From Clostridia bacterium (GTDB lineage: Bacteria; Bacillota; Clostridia; Christensenellales; UBA3700): a DNA stretch of 64,000 bases. Within the stretch, counting starts at the first letter, position 1. Each line of letters starts with the position of its first letter. The stretch is taken from the NCBI GenBank assembly GCA_029060025.1, contig JAIDUV010000007.1:13007-77006 (forward strand). The letters run 5' to 3'. The position numbers and the translations under genes were made by a program. The notes under the pieces were generated by a model, which worked only from the letters and a program-made list of their open reading frames with translations, was not told the DNA's origin and searched no databases. This document shows positions 62,744-64,000 of the stretch, one piece after another.

Positions 62744-64000
62744 ATGAAAAAGTATTGCGTAATCGGAGAAAAATTGACACACACTATGTCACCTCAAATA
62801 CATAAGGCGTATTTTGATTATTACAAAAAAGACTGCGCTTTTGGCATAGAGCAAATTGCTATGCAAGATATGCTTGACGATTGCAGCGGTACTTTGTCGC
62901 AATACGACGGTTTCAACGTAACCGTGCCTTATAAAGAAAAGATAATCAAATACTTAGCAGGTATGTCGCAAGAGGCAAAGAATATCGGCGCGGTAAATAC
63001 CGTGGTCAATTCTGCGGGTAAGTTGTACGGATACAATACCGATCCTTACGGCTTTGAGGGTATGCTCAAGGCAAACAACGTAGATATAAAAGGCAAAACC
63101 TTTGTCATACTCGGCAGCGGCGGAGCGTGTAAATCAGTGCGTTATATTCTCAAACAGCGCGGAGCAAAATGCGTAAAAATCGCAACTCGCGACGAAAGTA
63201 AAAAAGGTGTCGGTGATTTTATTACGTATGACGACCTTCAGGGGTTTAGAGGAGATACGATAGTCAATACCACGCCTGTGGGAATGTTTCCCAACGTCGA
63301 CGGCTGTCCTGTGCCAGACGAGATAATAAAGAATTTTGATACCGCAGTTGATATAGTATACAATCCTGTATATACCAAGTTCTTGCAAAGTGCCGTCAGG
63401 TTAGGCAAAAAAGCAGTCGGCGGACTGTATATGCTTGTTGCGCAGGCAATGAAATCGCAGGAGATTTGGAACAATTCTCTGACAGACGAGACTTTGACAA
63501 AGAATATCTACAATTCGCTTATGAAAGACTATTTCAGCGCAAACGGCGGAAATATTTATCTCACTGGCATTATGTCGTGCGGAAAGACCGTCAAAGGCAA
63601 GCGAGTTGCAAAGGCGCTAGGTTGGCAGTTTGTTGACGCCGACGATTATATAGTGCAAATATCTGGCAAGAGTATAAGTCAATTGTTTGACGAGGGCGAA
63701 AGCGTATTCAGAGATTGGGAGAGCAAGGCAATCGAGGAATTGTCTCATAAAAAAAATCTTGTTGTTGCGACAGGCGGCGGCGCAATATTGAGAGACGTCA
63801 ACGTCAGCGCAATGCGCCTTAGCGGAGTAATAATATTGATTGAGAGAAAGATCGAAGATATTATTGCCGGAGTACGTACTGATACAAGACCGCTACTCAA
63901 GGACGGCGCGCAAAAGTTGCGACAGATTTACGAACAACGAAAGGATAGATATTATTCGACTTGCGACTATATAGTCAAAAGTCACGAATACGATATGTAT
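62744..64000 (+). CDS. aroE: Shikimate dehydrogenase fused to shikimate kinase (3' end outside the window)
   Basis: Not in the ORF track because no stop codon lies inside the window. I translated it by hand: MKKYCVIGEKLTHTMSPQIHKAYF...NVTVPYKE...NTD (AroE), then IYLTGIMSCGKTVKGKRVA...DADDYI (AroK P-loop) in the same frame. Confidence 0.8.
   Translation, partial: MKKYCVIGEKLTHTMSPQIHKAYFDYYKKDCAFGIEQIAMQDMLDDCSGTLSQYDGFNVTVPYKEKIIKYLAGMSQEAKNIGAVNTVVNSAGKLYGYNTDPYGFEGMLKANNVDIKGKTFVILGSGGACKSVRYILKQRGAKCVKIATRDESKKGVGDFITYDDLQGFRGDTIVNTTPVGMFPNVDGCPVPDEIIKNFDTAVDIVYNPVYTKFLQSAVRLGKKAVGGLYMLVAQAMKSQEIWNNSLTDETLTKNIYNSLMKDYFSANGGNIYLTGIMSCGKTVKGKRVAKALGWQFVDADDYIVQISGKSISQLFDEGESVFRDWESKAIEELSHKKNLVVATGGGAILRDVNVSAMRLSGVIILIERKIEDIIAGVRTDTRPLLKDGAQKLRQIYEQRKDRYYSTCDYIVKSHEYDMY

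Overview
This 64-kb chromosomal window comes from a low-GC Gram-positive organism (Bacillota), probably a gut Clostridia-type anaerobe. Supporting signals are a CtsR operator with ctsR-mcsA-mcsB-clpC, CIRCE with hrcA-grpE-dnaK-dnaJ, a T-box leader, and M60-like, GH43 and DUF4091 glycan-related surface proteins. All calls rest on reading the sequence and on recalled family signatures, because no searches could be run. Layout, left to right: (1) 1-10.3 kb is the late arm of a podovirus-like prophage with a P22-type head module (TerL, portal, scaffold, coat, gp4/gp10-like genes). It ends in two holin-like genes with no endolysin and is invaded by host intergenic repeats. (2) A candidate stand-alone sRNA lies on the minus strand, followed by asnS and tRNA-Thr(CGT). 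(3) 12.5-19.6 kb is an AT-rich accessory islet directly behind the tRNA. It carries a DUF4238-like gene, small orphan ORFs, and a translationally coupled 105-aa plus 1498-aa pair whose large member has a MolR/YehI (DUF4132-type) C-terminus. This is my best candidate for an undescribed conflict or defence module. (4) Housekeeping and accessory genes follow: DUF4091, an NSS transporter, a flavin reductase, HxlR and a cupin. A 3'-truncated macro-domain gene then abuts a compact minus-strand operon of two signal-peptide-less DUF11-repeat proteins plus a 67-aa peptide with a C-terminal (Cys-Asn)n tail. This operon is the second candidate novel system. (5) Next come tRNA-Leu(GAG) with a duplicated 3' end and terminator, and dinB, which looks leaderless and has a Cheo box. 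Two paralogous giant M60-like surface proteins follow, one with HEYNH and a G9 tract and one catalytically dead. Further genes are galU, a GH43 lipoprotein, hpf, leuA behind a T-box, and an aroB-aroA-aroC-pheA-aroE/aroK operon that runs off the right edge. Two dispersed intergenic repeat families (a REP/BIME-like ~27-38-nt unit and a TTAA-ended MITE-like element) occur throughout the window, including inside the prophage and inside operons.
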